Assembly: GCA_000146045.2 (NCBI GenBank)
Contig: BK006949.2
Span: 884,067 to 948,066 of the forward strand
Direction: 5' to 3'
Source: TPA_inf: Saccharomyces
Lineage: Eukaryota
DNA length: 64,000 nt
Each line of letters begins with the position of its first letter. Positions within the stretch are counted from its first letter, which is position 1. Shown piece by piece: positions 31,501 through 42,871 of the stretch. A program made the position numbers and the translations under genes. The notes below the pieces were generated by a model that was not told the DNA's origin, did not search any database, and saw only the letters and a list, made by a program, of their open reading frames with translations.

Positions 31501-32896
31501 AGATGCTGCTATTTTTGCTTTTAAGAAATCCATTCAATTACAGTCTAATACAAGTGAAACTTGGATTGGTCTAGGGATAGCCACTATGGACATCAACTTT
31601 CGTGTCTCTCAACATTGCTTTATTAAAGCAACTGCTTTGGAACCGAAGGCGACAAATACATGGTTCAACTTGGCTATGCTAGGTTTAAAGAAAAAGGATA
31701 CTGAATTTGCTCAACAGGTTCTGAATAAATTACAAAGCCTTGCCCCACAAGATTCGTCACCTTGGCTAGGTATGGCCTTGATTCTTGAGGAACAAGGAGA
31801 CATTATCGGAAGTTCTAAACTTTTTGCACACTCCTTCATATTATCTAATGGAAGGTCAAAGGCTGCGCAATTTATGTATGCTAAAAATGTCCTTGAGAAT
31901 CACATTAATAATGGTGACGATGAAAGAGATATTGAGACAGTGGAAAAACTAACCACTGCTTCAATAGCTTTAGAGCAGTTTTTCAAAAAAAGTCCTGATA
32001 GTCAATTTGCTCTTCAATGTGCTCTTCTAACTCTTGAAAGGTTACATCACTATGAAAATGCAAACGAACTGGCTAATCGGTTGATAGGCATTTTGGAAAA
32101 AAAGTTTGAGAAAACTCAAGATGAAAGAGAACTGTTTAATTTTGCGATAATTAAAGGACAATTCGCTCGTATTCACTTAGGTTTAGGAAATTTCGAACTC
32201 TCTATTGAAAACGCTGATCTTTCTCAAGGTATTATATCTGAATCGAGCGACGAAAAATCAATGAAAACCAAAATATCCAATCACATTTGCTTAGGATTAA
32301 GTTATTTCTTCTTAAACGACTTTGATCAGACTTTGAACCAATTCCAAGAACTGCTAAGCATTTCAAAGGATTCTAAGCACCTAGTTGTTTTAATTGCGAA
32401 GGTGCTTTATGATGTAGGTGAATCTGACACAAAGGAAATTGCTTTACAGGAACTAACAGAATATATAGCCACAAGCGGCGCAGACTTGTTAGTAACACTA
32501 ACGATTGCAGCTATGTCAATTCTAGACGATAAGCGTGAAGATTTAAGCATTATTTTAGAAGAATTGAAAGCTTTGCCATTATCCAAACAAATAATAGATA
32601 AGCACAAAGACGCACCATATCTGATAGAAGAAATTACTAAGAGACTTTATCGTAACGATACCGGTAAACAAGTATGGCAAAGGAGTGCGTACTTTTTCCC
32701 TAATAACCTCAAGGTTTGGGAGAGATTAGATAAGAATATTCAACGAAGAATAGCTTCTAATGGACAAAATAAAGTTACTGCGGAGGAGATGAGTAAACTA
32801 TATTGTGAGAGTAAGAATTTGAGAAGCATACAAAGAGGTATGTTTTTGTGCCCTTGGAACGTTACTGCAGTGAAGGCGCTAAACGAATGTTTCTAA
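28598..32896 (+). CDS. SKI3: SKI3 (YPR189W), TPR scaffold of the Ski2-Ski3-Ski8 exosome cofactor complex, 1432 aa
   Basis: N-terminus MSDIKQLLKEAKQELTNRDYEE (ORF-track adds 18 codons). Tetratricopeptide repeats run throughout; length 1432 aa. Confidence 0.92.
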   Translation: MSDIKQLLKEAKQELTNRDYEETIEISEKVLKLDPDNYFAHIFLGKALSSLPASNNVSSNRNLERATNHYVSAAKLVPDNLLAWKGLFLLFRTTEVVPDILSYDEYFDLCGQYADALLKQEQSQVELINDIKLLKKTHPDCQKAFYQHLKPGSLMAETIGRHLSTPQDALLNLIKILSNIETTEIGKTLSQNRLKLKASDPDYQIKLNSFSWEIIKNSEIDQLYNQLVNILADDQKRSEIENQWLEYRIKVLKSMPLDVKKDFFTKVKEMVEDMVLVNHQSLLAWQKYFEWTDYEDLDNMDAPLIIKYFKKFPKDPLAMILYSWLSSKLSKYDIKSLESANKPPEGHKKTEKETDIKDVDETNEDEVKDRVEDEVKDRVEDEVKDQDEEAKEDEEEDLDDIEIGLLEEEVVTVLTENIVKCKNNILAHRILCQYYLLTKEYEAALPYIKNGISLIAYNIKDLGVHLPLTKREFSLDLATVYTYVDAPKDHNAALKLYDNILSGDFSNIQAKMGKGIIFIERKNWKDAMTLLTQVHEQSPNNLEVLSELSWSKAHMGYMDEALAGLDTVIKGIKGMDLRSIDFRALNLWRQAKVYIMKHASINDAKQENVKCAFKLLIQSIKILDTFAPGFSTLGDIYCHYYKDHLRAFKCYFKAFDLDAGDYTAAKYITETYASKPNWQAASSIASRLIKGEKAKAELRSNNWPFRVVGIAHLEKQEESDSIEWFQSALRVDPNDVESWVGLGQAYHACGRIEASIKVFDKAIQLRPSHTFAQYFKAISLCDVGEYLESLDILEKVCQEAATEESFQIGLVEVLMRCSLDLYSQGFLLKSVSIAKDTIERIKIIISELKCENQQVWIYLSQVLRLFIWIESKVDTLPVESLVSIFENSQFSGSEEIDSVDNIKIDTLLDSTTDDNVSIACKFLILASKYSVSDQKFTDIAGTVRASYWYNIGISELTAFITLKEPQYRDAAIFAFKKSIQLQSNTSETWIGLGIATMDINFRVSQHCFIKATALEPKATNTWFNLAMLGLKKKDTEFAQQVLNKLQSLAPQDSSPWLGMALILEEQGDIIGSSKLFAHSFILSNGRSKAAQFMYAKNVLENHINNGDDERDIETVEKLTTASIALEQFFKKSPDSQFALQCALLTLERLHHYENANELANRLIGILEKKFEKTQDERELFNFAIIKGQFARIHLGLGNFELSIENADLSQGIISESSDEKSMKTKISNHICLGLSYFFLNDFDQTLNQFQELLSISKDSKHLVVLIAKVLYDVGESDTKEIALQELTEYIATSGADLLVTLTIAAMSILDDKREDLSIILEELKALPLSKQIIDKHKDAPYLIEEITKRLYRNDTGKQVWQRSAYFFPNNLKVWERLDKNIQRRIASNGQNKVTAEEMSKLYCESKNLRSIQRGMFLCPWNVTAVKALNECF
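29685..29760 (+). repeat. Three tandem copies of a 24-nt unit inside SKI3 encoding (E)DEVKDRV
   Basis: Visible: gaagatgaagttaaagatcgcgtt / gaagatgaagttaaagatcgtgtt / gaagatgaagtcaaagatcaagat. The antisense 62-aa ORF in the track (29560..29748) is an artefact of this repeat. Confidence 0.85.
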
Positions 32897-33010
32897 AAAT
32901 TTGGATTCGAGATAGTCAATCAAACCTTAATGTAACATTAGTAATAAATTTTATCTTTTCTATAGAGTATAAAAGGTTATTAGACAGAGTTTATCAGCTG
33001 TATAGAGTAA

Positions 33011-34975
33011 TCATGCCATTTGGAAAACTTCCCAAAGCGATAGCAACCTCGATAAACGAGCGAAAACATTTAGCTCTCTTTCATTGACCATCTTTAATTG
33101 ATTCAATTCGCTTGGTAATAGTAGTTCGTTCTCTCTTCCTTTAACATCATCTCTATTTGCCTTTTTTAATAATGTAGAGTTTTCTTGCTTTAATTTCTCC
33201 TTTTTAAAAAGTAAATTTGCCATATTCCATTCCAAGTTTTGTCTCATGAAATTATAGGAATGCGTTTCTTTGCATCTAAACAAAAAAACTGCCCTTGATG
33301 CTGATCTATCGGCTGTTCTTGGAACTTCCTGGATTTCCACAGAATTGTATCTAATTAAAGATGCTAATGTAGATCTTATATCCTTTTCCTTCATTAACGC
33401 AGTTGAGTTGATAATTTTCTCAGACACCAGCTTGTTATCACGAATACAACGGCTTAAACGCATTGCTGAGGGTCCCAACGTAGACGCGATAACATACTCA
33501 TAAACAGATGACTTTAATACTGGCATTAGTTTGCTATATGGAACATAGTAAACACCTGGTTTGGTTTCGTTCAAAAAGGGGAAATTTGATGATGCTAGGA
33601 TTTTTAAATGACTATTTATCAAAGAAGCTGAGTGAGGATCCTCAGTGTCTGCATCCAAATCCTCCTCCTCTTCGTCTTCTTCTTGTGTATCTCCACTTTC
33701 TTGAAGAGATTTGGAAACAGCAGCAGGTAGCGCCGGGATCACAAATCCATCTTCGGTTTTTAATTTTTTACTGGGTAATGATGCAGCAGCGTTTGAGCCA
33801 GAACGCTTTTTATTGTCAGAGGGCTTTCTAGATAATAAGCTTCCACGCAAGTCCAATTCTGCGGGGAGATGTCTTGCCAAGTCAATAGCATTAAAGGTAA
33901 GCCCTGGTGTCTTCTCCTCAACAAGTTCGGCTTCGTCTTGAAACGATTTTGCTTCCTCCAAATCTTGTAAAAGCCCAGTTTGAGTTAGTGGATCTCTAAT
34001 TTTAGGAGACTTTTGCTCTGTGAGTCTTAATGCAATTTTGTAAACTTGAGCTGTGACGGAGCCGACTCTTGTCTTGGCCAAGTTAATCAATTGTTTAGAT
34101 CTTCTACCTTTCATAAATCTATCCAAATTAATCGTCAGAGAGACTGTAGGTTTAACAATCCTCAATGAGGTCTTTGGATCAACCGTTAAGATTTGTGAAA
34201 GCTCATTTGGTTTATTTATGATTTTGGCAAAATCAGTTTTCGCATTCATCTTGGCTTGGGATCTTTTCTTCAAATCGGACAACGGGGAGTTTCTGGGAAT
34301 ATTTTTGTAATGTTTTTCATATAAAAATTGCCAGAGATCTTCGATTGGGGTATAATGCAATTTTGATATTTGAATAAGATATCCCATTTCACACAGTTGC
34401 ACGAATAGTGATGAAATGGTGTACTTCATGGAATCTGACGTGACACTACTTAGATAATCTTCCACTGTTAAGGACCCTAATGATATAACGTTTTGTACAA
34501 TTTCAGCCACCAGCTGTTTATGCTCCTCTTCGTCGTTTACACGCATTTGCGTAATAATTTCGTCAATAATCAACCCTGAGTAGAGTAAAATGTGTATCCC
34601 TTCCTCGTTATAGTAATAATAAGTCGTTTTTTTCCCGGATATTGCTGTTTCTTGCAGGTACTTAACACACCTTAATTGAGTTAATGAGACTAGTGTCGTC
34701 TTGACGCTGTCTACATCCATACCATCTATTTTCTCCACTAACTCGCGCACACTCAATCTGCCCAGCGCAACCAACATCCCAATTACAGAAGCTGCTCTTT
34801 CACCCAGATGTGCCTTCACCAACTCTTTGTAAAGAAACAAATCGGGATTCAAGGTTCTCTGTTCCAAGGATGATATGGTCATAACATCTTCGGGGGTGAC
34901 CAACTTCTCAGATTCGACAGTGCTCTCACCTGTTTGGTTCTCTGCACTAAGCGCTTCTCCCAGTAACTCGTCCAT
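33011..34975 (-). CDS. RPC82: RPC82 (YPR190C), RNA polymerase III subunit C82, 654 aa
   Basis: N-terminus MDELLGEALSAENQTGESTVESEK (ORF-track adds 6 codons). Contains an acidic insert EEDEEEEDLDADTED; 654 aa. Confidence 0.9.
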   Translation of the reverse strand: MDELLGEALSAENQTGESTVESEKLVTPEDVMTISSLEQRTLNPDLFLYKELVKAHLGERAASVIGMLVALGRLSVRELVEKIDGMDVDSVKTTLVSLTQLRCVKYLQETAISGKKTTYYYYNEEGIHILLYSGLIIDEIITQMRVNDEEEHKQLVAEIVQNVISLGSLTVEDYLSSVTSDSMKYTISSLFVQLCEMGYLIQISKLHYTPIEDLWQFLYEKHYKNIPRNSPLSDLKKRSQAKMNAKTDFAKIINKPNELSQILTVDPKTSLRIVKPTVSLTINLDRFMKGRRSKQLINLAKTRVGSVTAQVYKIALRLTEQKSPKIRDPLTQTGLLQDLEEAKSFQDEAELVEEKTPGLTFNAIDLARHLPAELDLRGSLLSRKPSDNKKRSGSNAAASLPSKKLKTEDGFVIPALPAAVSKSLQESGDTQEEDEEEEDLDADTEDPHSASLINSHLKILASSNFPFLNETKPGVYYVPYSKLMPVLKSSVYEYVIASTLGPSAMRLSRCIRDNKLVSEKIINSTALMKEKDIRSTLASLIRYNSVEIQEVPRTADRSASRAVFLFRCKETHSYNFMRQNLEWNMANLLFKKEKLKQENSTLLKKANRDDVKGRENELLLPSELNQLKMVNERELNVFARLSRLLSLWEVFQMA

Positions 34976-35128
34976 TTGGATCTTGCTCAACAAAAATTTT
35001 TCCCTATTCCTGTGTCAGCAATTCTCTATTGTTCTCAATATTTCTTCCACTATTATTATTTTGATCCAAAATTATTTTTTTCCTTCAATGCGATGAGCTT
35101 TTGAAAAATTTCTGATCATTCCCAACGA

Positions 35129-35136
35129 ACCAATAG
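35129..35136 (+). promoter_or_regulatory. CCAAT box (ACCAATAG), candidate Hap2/3/4/5 site ~180 bp upstream of QCR2
   Basis: The motif gaACCAATAGaagg is visible. QCR2 is a classic HAP-regulated respiratory gene, which is established knowledge. A single motif match is weak evidence alone. Confidence 0.45.
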
Positions 35137-35314
35137 AAGGCCCGCCCCGTCTTATATCCGTTAGCCTACCAAATATATATATAAAGAACAAGGGCCTTTC
35201 CTCAGAGCGTTTGCTGACGAAGTTTTAGAAGTTAATAAGGTTTTTAACAGCAGTGTGCTCGAACGATTAGGACGGGAGAGTTAAAATTATTAAAAGGAAA
35301 AAAGAAGAACGTTG

Positions 35315-36421
35315 ATGTTGTCAGCAGCTAGATTGCAATTTGCCCAGGGGTCAGTTAGAAGGTTGACCGTTTCCGCTAGAGACGCACCTACTAAAATATC
35401 TACATTGGCTGTTAAGGTCCATGGAGGGTCTCGTTATGCAACCAAGGATGGTGTGGCCCATCTTTTAAACAGATTCAACTTTCAAAACACGAACACTAGA
35501 TCAGCTTTGAAATTAGTCAGAGAATCCGAATTATTAGGGGGAACTTTTAAGTCTACCTTGGATAGGGAATACATCACTTTGAAAGCTACCTTTTTGAAGG
35601 ACGACCTTCCCTACTACGTCAATGCCCTAGCAGACGTGCTATACAAGACTGCCTTCAAACCTCACGAGCTCACCGAATCTGTTTTGCCTGCTGCTAGATA
35701 CGATTATGCGGTCGCTGAACAATGTCCGGTAAAGAGCGCCGAAGACCAATTGTATGCCATTACATTCAGAAAGGGTTTAGGAAACCCATTGTTATACGAT
35801 GGTGTGGAAAGAGTCAGTTTGCAAGATATCAAGGACTTTGCGGACAAAGTCTATACCAAGGAGAACCTTGAAGTTAGCGGTGAAAATGTTGTTGAGGCCG
35901 ATTTGAAAAGATTTGTTGACGAGTCACTGTTAAGCACTTTGCCTGCAGGTAAGTCATTGGTGAGTAAATCCGAACCAAAATTCTTTTTGGGTGAAGAAAA
36001 CAGGGTAAGGTTTATCGGTGACTCCGTTGCCGCCATTGGTATCCCGGTAAACAAAGCCTCCCTAGCTCAATATGAAGTATTGGCCAACTATTTGACCTCT
36101 GCCCTATCCGAGCTTTCCGGTTTAATCAGCTCGGCTAAACTTGATAAATTCACTGACGGCGGCCTATTTACTCTGTTTGTAAGAGACCAGGACAGCGCCG
36201 TGGTATCTTCCAACATCAAGAAAATTGTTGCGGATTTGAAGAAGGGCAAGGACTTATCCCCTGCAATAAATTACACAAAGTTAAAGAATGCCGTCCAAAA
36301 TGAATCTGTTTCCAGCCCAATTGAACTAAATTTTGACGCCGTGAAGGACTTTAAGTTGGGAAAATTCAACTATGTAGCCGTCGGTGATGTTTCCAACTTG
36401 CCATATTTGGACGAATTGTAA
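35315..36421 (+). CDS. QCR2: QCR2 (YPR191W), ubiquinol-cytochrome c reductase core subunit 2 (inactive M16 peptidase-like), 368 aa
   Basis: N-terminus [30 protein letters not shown], a mitochondrial presequence (ORF-track adds one Met). 368 aa. Confidence 0.92.
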   Translation: MLSAARLQFAQGSVRRLTVSARDAPTKISTLAVKVHGGSRYATKDGVAHLLNRFNFQNTNTRSALKLVRESELLGGTFKSTLDREYITLKATFLKDDLPYYVNALADVLYKTAFKPHELTESVLPAARYDYAVAEQCPVKSAEDQLYAITFRKGLGNPLLYDGVERVSLQDIKDFADKVYTKENLEVSGENVVEADLKRFVDESLLSTLPAGKSLVSKSEPKFFLGEENRVRFIGDSVAAIGIPVNKASLAQYEVLANYLTSALSELSGLISSAKLDKFTDGGLFTLFVRDQDSAVVSSNIKKIVADLKKGKDLSPAINYTKLKNAVQNESVSSPIELNFDAVKDFKLGKFNYVAVGDVSNLPYLDEL

Positions 36422-37793
36422 GAGGAAAGTATTTGTACAAAACGAAAAACTAAAGGCAAATATATATATAGATGTTGCCGCGCACCTTTTTTTTAATGAA
36501 TATTCACACAAATATTGAAAATAAAAACAAACAAAATTCAAATAACAACATGTAAGACCAAAAAAAAATCCCTCATTATTTATTCCTTACCCTTTCCAAA
36601 TTCTTACTATACTAGTAAATATATATTTAATTATCCTTTTTTCTACTTCAGCATACAATCCTTCTTTTGCCGCAGGTTTATAGTTAGACCCCTCAATTCT
36701 GTCAAGTTTCAGTGGTACGTTATTTTATGTCTCATCTCACGATCCTGGCAAAAAAAGAAAGGCATGTAATTTGAGGAGGCGATTCACCCTCATTTTTACG
36801 CAACAACAATGCTGTGTGGCTTACACGCCTCTGCGTACATATCTACATATTTAACGGTCCTGTATTTTCAAGCACGCAAGGCTGAAATAAACGGTTGTTT
36901 GCTTATGCGCGATGCACTCCGCCGAACATCACCGCAAAAGCACCGTAGGCGGAGATCTCCCAGCTAGTATGGGCATGACGGAACCACGATTTCCAGATAT
37001 AGATACTTAAAAGCACTAAAAGGTCTATACATAAAACGCAGACTTACGTAAGATACATAGCAACTGCCGATATGGACGCCGCCATGCCGAATGACAAAGG
37101 GAGAATGTAGTACTAATTGATATCGTCTTATCCTCTCAGGAATGCAAACTTAAAACATACTTTCTCCCGTCCTAACAACGCCGGTTGTCGACGATAAATA
37201 CCCCAAGAAATGCCCGCACAGAATCTCCTCCGTTAGGTGGTCATGCCCCGAGGGTGCGAGGTTGTTTCCTGCACGGTAAATCGGGATGCCATGAAAGCCG
37301 GCCCTCCCCACGCGTCCCCTAATTTTTTTCCAAGTGAATATCTGCATCGGCCACCGTTTTATATTACTTCGATAAGCTTGCCTTAAACTCATTATTGCCG
37401 TCGTTTATCCCTCAAAGCTTAATCTTACAAGAATTAGAAAGAAGAAAAGTTTATTCGTATAGACTTCCTTATGCCTGATGTCCTTCCACCCTCTTACACA
37501 GTAGGATTAGTCTAGAAGTGGTAAATTGCAGGATAGCATATACGCGACAAGGAAAAGAAAGAAGGAAAAATATTTTACGTCGGAAATTGTGTGATATGCC
37601 GTTTGAATTCGAGGTATATTAAGCGCAGTGCTTTTCCCTGCATCGCATTCTGTCTGTTCTTCCGAGTGTCGATTCCCACAATTCGTCTTGTCCTTTTGAT
37701 ATTTTGTTTTTTTTTTCCTTCTCTTTTTTTATTCTTTGTATTTGGTGCTGTCTGTCAATACGGCACATAAAGTAACATGTAATTAACTATAAC

Positions 37794-38711
37794 ATGTCTT
37801 CGAACGATTCGAACGATACCGACAAGCAACATACACGTCTGGATCCTACCGGTGTGGACGACGCCTACATCCCTCCGGAGCAGCCGGAAACAAAGCACCA
37901 TCGCTTTAAAATCTCTAGGGACACCCTGAGAGACCACTTTATCGCTGCGGTCGGTGAGTTCTGCGGCACATTCATGTTTTTATGGTGCGCTTACGTTATC
38001 TGCAATGTCGCTAACCATGATGTCGCACTCGTTGCAGCGCCTGACGGTTCCCATCCGGGTCAATTGATTATGATTGCCATCGGTTTCGGATTTTCCGTCA
38101 TGTTTTCTATCTGGTGTTTTGCCGGTGTCTCTGGTGGGGCTTTGAATCCTGCTATGTCGCTTTCGCTGTGCTTGGCGAGAGCCGTCTCTCCTACAAGATG
38201 TGTCGTTATGTGGGTTTCGCAGATTGTTGCTGGAATGGCCGCTGGAGGCGCTGCAAGCGCCATGACACCTGGTGAAGTCCTCTTTGCCAATTCTTTGGGC
38301 CTGGGCTGCTCTAGGACGAGGGGTCTGTTCCTGGAGATGTTCGGCACCGCTATCCTATGTTTAACAGTCTTAATGACGGCTGTGGAGAAGCGTGAAACCA
38401 ACTTTATGGCTGCGCTGCCCATCGGCATCTCCCTGTTTATCGCACACGTCGCTTTGACTGCATACACAGGCACAGGTGTCAACCCTGCGAGGTCCTTGGG
38501 TGCTGCTGTCGCAGCCAGATACTTCCCTCATTACCACTGGATTTATTGGATTGGCACGCTGTTAGGATCCATTTTAGCATGGTCTGTATGGCAATTATTG
38601 CAAATCTTAGACTACACAACCTACGTTACCGCTGAAAAGGCTGCCAGCACCAAGGAAAAAGCTCAAAAAAAAGGTGAAACCAGCAGTTCCTCTGCTGTGG
38701 CTGAAGTCTAA
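37794..38711 (+). CDS. AQY1: AQY1 (YPR192W), aquaporin, 305 aa; this copy carries the two substitutions (Met121, Thr255) characteristic of the inactive laboratory-strain allele
   Basis: Two NPA boxes (GGALNPAMS and GVNPARS) and six TM segments. Counting residues gives M at 121 (NPAM rather than NPAV) and T at 255 (WIGT). Confidence 0.9.
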   Translation: MSSNDSNDTDKQHTRLDPTGVDDAYIPPEQPETKHHRFKISRDTLRDHFIAAVGEFCGTFMFLWCAYVICNVANHDVALVAAPDGSHPGQLIMIAIGFGFSVMFSIWCFAGVSGGALNPAMSLSLCLARAVSPTRCVVMWVSQIVAGMAAGGAASAMTPGEVLFANSLGLGCSRTRGLFLEMFGTAILCLTVLMTAVEKRETNFMAALPIGISLFIAHVALTAYTGTGVNPARSLGAAVAARYFPHYHWIYWIGTLLGSILAWSVWQLLQILDYTTYVTAEKAASTKEKAQKKGETSSSSAVAEV

Positions 38712-38842
38712 TTTTTCCCTCCTTTTCTTTATTTCTCGCTCACTAGCACTTAATGTTATAATACTCGGCAAAAACTAGTAAGATTAATTGTTTTTAATTT
38801 TTTTTTTTCTATACATCCATACTACTGAGGTAATTAGTGTTT

Positions 38843-39355
<513 letters not shown>

Positions 39356-40237
39356 CTAAGAGCAATACTTAGCCCTTTTTGCTCTATTTATAGCGTTCCC
39401 TCTCTTAATGATTGCCGCTCCCCTAATATAATTGGTAGTTCTTGCCACCCGTTAGTTCCGTCCATAAAAATGTTCAACCAATAAAAGCAAATCAAGAAGT
39501 GACTGAGAAGTACAATGAACTATGACGTTAAAAGGCTAACCCAATGCAGAAATTAAATAGAAATAAATACATTGTGTAGTCGGCCTGTAACTTGTATTTC
39601 GCAAACGTCTTATAAAGGCAAGAAAATTTCAAATGTTCGAAATCTGACATCAGCCGCATGCTATGTTGTCAATCTCTCTCAATACTCGGCTGGCTTAACC
39701 CTGAATCATCCCAAAAAACGGTGATACTGTATTTGAATATGCTTCAACCGGAGTAATTATCCAGTAGTGCAACGCATCTCATTCCAACTTGAAATATACG
39801 TTTACAAAACTATTTACCACTTGTATTTCTGCAATAATACCAAAATTCATGCAAAATAAACACCATCATTACTTGTAGTTGGAAGCAAAAAATATTCTTG
39901 ATTGATTTTCAATTGCCAGGCTCCTTATCACTTCGTCGATGAGCCAAAAAAAAATGTAGTTCCTATTCTGGTATCAAAGCATTTTTCTTTATTGATAACA
40001 TCCGCATACACAGAGAAAAGGCGAGAAGCATGAAAAGTGTCAAAAATATTGAACTAGAGTGTACTGTTATAGTTTTGGCAGGTATGAAGACAAAATGATG
40101 GCTTTTTACATATCAAAGTAACTCTGTACTATAGATAGAAGAATAAAAACTAAATACATGCAGGTGACTGATAGAAAAGACAAGTGCAGGGGAGAAAAAA
40201 AAATAAAGAAATGATAGCGTTCTAAGAAAAGTTCTAG

Positions 40238-42871
40238 TCATGGATAGTGTCCTGGAGCATAGCCGAAATAGCCATTTGCTGTATCAGTTATGTTCTTTAG
40301 AGGATAGCCAACGCCATCGGCACCAGCATACGGAACTGTATTGCCCCACCAATTAAAAGCTGTGTCTTTATATTGGACAGCAAAGAAAATGATAATAGCT
40401 GATAAAACCAAGCCCGTTGAAAAGCCTGCCGATAAAACATAATTATATTTCTCCCACAGATTTAAATGGTGTCTTTTCATGTAGTACTGGGAAATGTAAC
40501 TAACAATCATACCAGAAGTGTAATACATCAGGTTATATGGAGGGCTCATATTAAGCATTCCACCTACAAATAACATTGGGTCAAAATATCTGGGATAAAA
40601 CTTACCCCAGCGCTTCCAAACACCAAAAAATATGCCAATGCATGCGCCTATCAACCAACACCATTTAAATATTGGATAAATGTAATTGAAAATTCTTTTT
40701 GGCCCAATTGCACCCCAGACAACGGAAGCATTATAGTAGGTCACAGCATCAGGACAGGTGAATTTTGCGTTTTGATGAGGTGTGCAAAAGTCTTTGATAT
40801 TGGAGATTTGCCAATTCAGAACACCTAGATTGACAAATATCTGAATGAAAACTATAACACATTGTCCCCTGAATAGCGCCATTGGCGGAATCTTACAATA
40901 ATGCGCTATTTTTAAGTTAGAAACGTAATTATCTGCTTGGCCGTCGATGTTATAACCAAAAGCCTTCAAAATCATTATGGCGATTGGATTACCTGGTAAA
41001 GCGTACCCCATCACCATTTCAATTAGTAGATTCAAACCAAACGAATAACCAGTGGTTGCTTGAAGGATAGTAGTTGGAATCAAGAAAACAAAATTAAATC
41101 CTAAACAAACAAAAAGACCCCAAACTGGTGTATTTGTTGGGTAGTGCTCTACAACAGCTATTCCAACAACAAGTGAACCTATCAATATGGCAAAATACCA
41201 CCAATCTGGAACTTCTTTATAGTTTTTCATGGCATTAGAATGTGGGTCATCATAATCGTCGAGCGCCCTGTAATCGCTTTTGAACATTGTGACCCAAGAT
41301 TTAAGTTTTCTCATGGCCCACAAATTCAAAGCCCAATCTTTGAAAGCATTGAACAATAACTTTGAGTGTACAATAAACGACCATGTAATCATCAGAGGAT
41401 ATGCGCAAATGAAAGCACCATATGATACCAAATTTCCAGCACTATAGTATGGTGGCGAGTAGCTTTGATATTTTTTCACATCTAGCTTATTGTCACTGTC
41501 TAATACCTCAGTAACTTTAAAGGAATGGCCAGTATTAGTATACAAAGAATTTGTGAATATTGGCAGGTATTGGCAACTCATATAATTACTATAGTATACT
41601 GCAATAACAATTAAAGCTGCTAATATGCAACCAAGATATTGTGTTAAGTATGACCAAAATGGGTAAACTAAAGGAGAATTAAACGAAATAACATTCCAGT
41701 CAAAAGATGAGATAGGATTAATCCCAAGACCAGTGACTCCTCCCGTGATGTTTGCGAGATTAATGTTACTTGGCTTGATCCAGGTCATCCAATTGAAAGT
41801 GTTTAGAATATTAATAATGTAAGTGGGAAACCAGTTATAGATGAACATGATAAAAAAAGTCAAGAAAAAGAATTTATACCTGCTCATTCCAGATTCATGC
41901 TTTTCTTTACCCAATAGTGCCTTGTTGATAGCAATAGTTGGCATGACTGTTGGCCATAGTGCACGGGCTGGATAAACAACGAATTTTCTAAGGATGCCAG
42001 CAAATCCAAATCCAATAAATTGTACGGATAACGAAAGTAAAAATTGGTAGCCAAACGAGAAAGCAGAATGGTAAAAGAGTTTTTGCGTTAGAATATTGTA
42101 ATGAGTATAGAACGCGCCTTGACAAATTGCATATAACAAGGTTGAAAACATTTGCTCTTTTTGGGTCCATGGTTTATCGATATTGATACCATACTTTCTG
42201 CCCCTGATGGTTATAGTCCAACAGGGGATAGTTTTAGCCCAAGCCTTACCACAGATATATAAAAACATTTGGATAATTGGAGTATTCAGTGAAATTGAAA
42301 CCACCCTGTGTGAAAAAAACTCATTAAATCCTGAACCGATGACAGACCAAATTATTGCCAGAAAATATGCTCGGAATGTCTCCACTGGAATGGTGGGATC
42401 ATCTTCTGGATCAACAACAGCTCTAACCTCTTGGTAAGGCGAATGAAATTTAATAGCAGAAGCAAATGCTCTAATGTCAAAGCTATCATATTCATCTATC
42501 CCCTCTTTTGAATCCAAGTCCTCCAAGTCAACCAATCTCTTCCACTCCTCATATTGATCGTGTGGAATGTTCTCATCATCCTTGAAATAGATGATAGAGT
42601 CTTTTAGTATTTTGAAGGAATCCTCAAGTGTCAATTCAGGCATTTTTTTGAGGATATACGCAACGTCTTCCGGAATATCATAAAGAGTGCGATTTTCATA
42701 ACCCAGCTTCTTCATAAAGTGCAGTATCTGTTCATCCGTATACCACTGAGAAAAGTCTGATGAATGATTTGAAAGCCTCTCAGAATACTCAGCACCCTCG
42801 GCGTAATCAACAGTACCTTTTGTGGATACCTTCTCATCAATTATAACTTTATCTTTGACTGTTTCACTCAT
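40238..42871 (-). CDS. OPT2: OPT2 (YPR194C), oligopeptide transporter (OPT family), 877 aa
   Basis: 877-aa polytopic membrane protein with OPT-family signature regions (NPGPF-like, KxxGY). Confidence 0.9.
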   Translation of the reverse strand: MSETVKDKVIIDEKVSTKGTVDYAEGAEYSERLSNHSSDFSQWYTDEQILHFMKKLGYENRTLYDIPEDVAYILKKMPELTLEDSFKILKDSIIYFKDDENIPHDQYEEWKRLVDLEDLDSKEGIDEYDSFDIRAFASAIKFHSPYQEVRAVVDPEDDPTIPVETFRAYFLAIIWSVIGSGFNEFFSHRVVSISLNTPIIQMFLYICGKAWAKTIPCWTITIRGRKYGINIDKPWTQKEQMFSTLLYAICQGAFYTHYNILTQKLFYHSAFSFGYQFLLSLSVQFIGFGFAGILRKFVVYPARALWPTVMPTIAINKALLGKEKHESGMSRYKFFFLTFFIMFIYNWFPTYIINILNTFNWMTWIKPSNINLANITGGVTGLGINPISSFDWNVISFNSPLVYPFWSYLTQYLGCILAALIVIAVYYSNYMSCQYLPIFTNSLYTNTGHSFKVTEVLDSDNKLDVKKYQSYSPPYYSAGNLVSYGAFICAYPLMITWSFIVHSKLLFNAFKDWALNLWAMRKLKSWVTMFKSDYRALDDYDDPHSNAMKNYKEVPDWWYFAILIGSLVVGIAVVEHYPTNTPVWGLFVCLGFNFVFLIPTTILQATTGYSFGLNLLIEMVMGYALPGNPIAIMILKAFGYNIDGQADNYVSNLKIAHYCKIPPMALFRGQCVIVFIQIFVNLGVLNWQISNIKDFCTPHQNAKFTCPDAVTYYNASVVWGAIGPKRIFNYIYPIFKWCWLIGACIGIFFGVWKRWGKFYPRYFDPMLFVGGMLNMSPPYNLMYYTSGMIVSYISQYYMKRHHLNLWEKYNYVLSAGFSTGLVLSAIIIFFAVQYKDTAFNWWGNTVPYAGADGVGYPLKNITDTANGYFGYAPGHYP

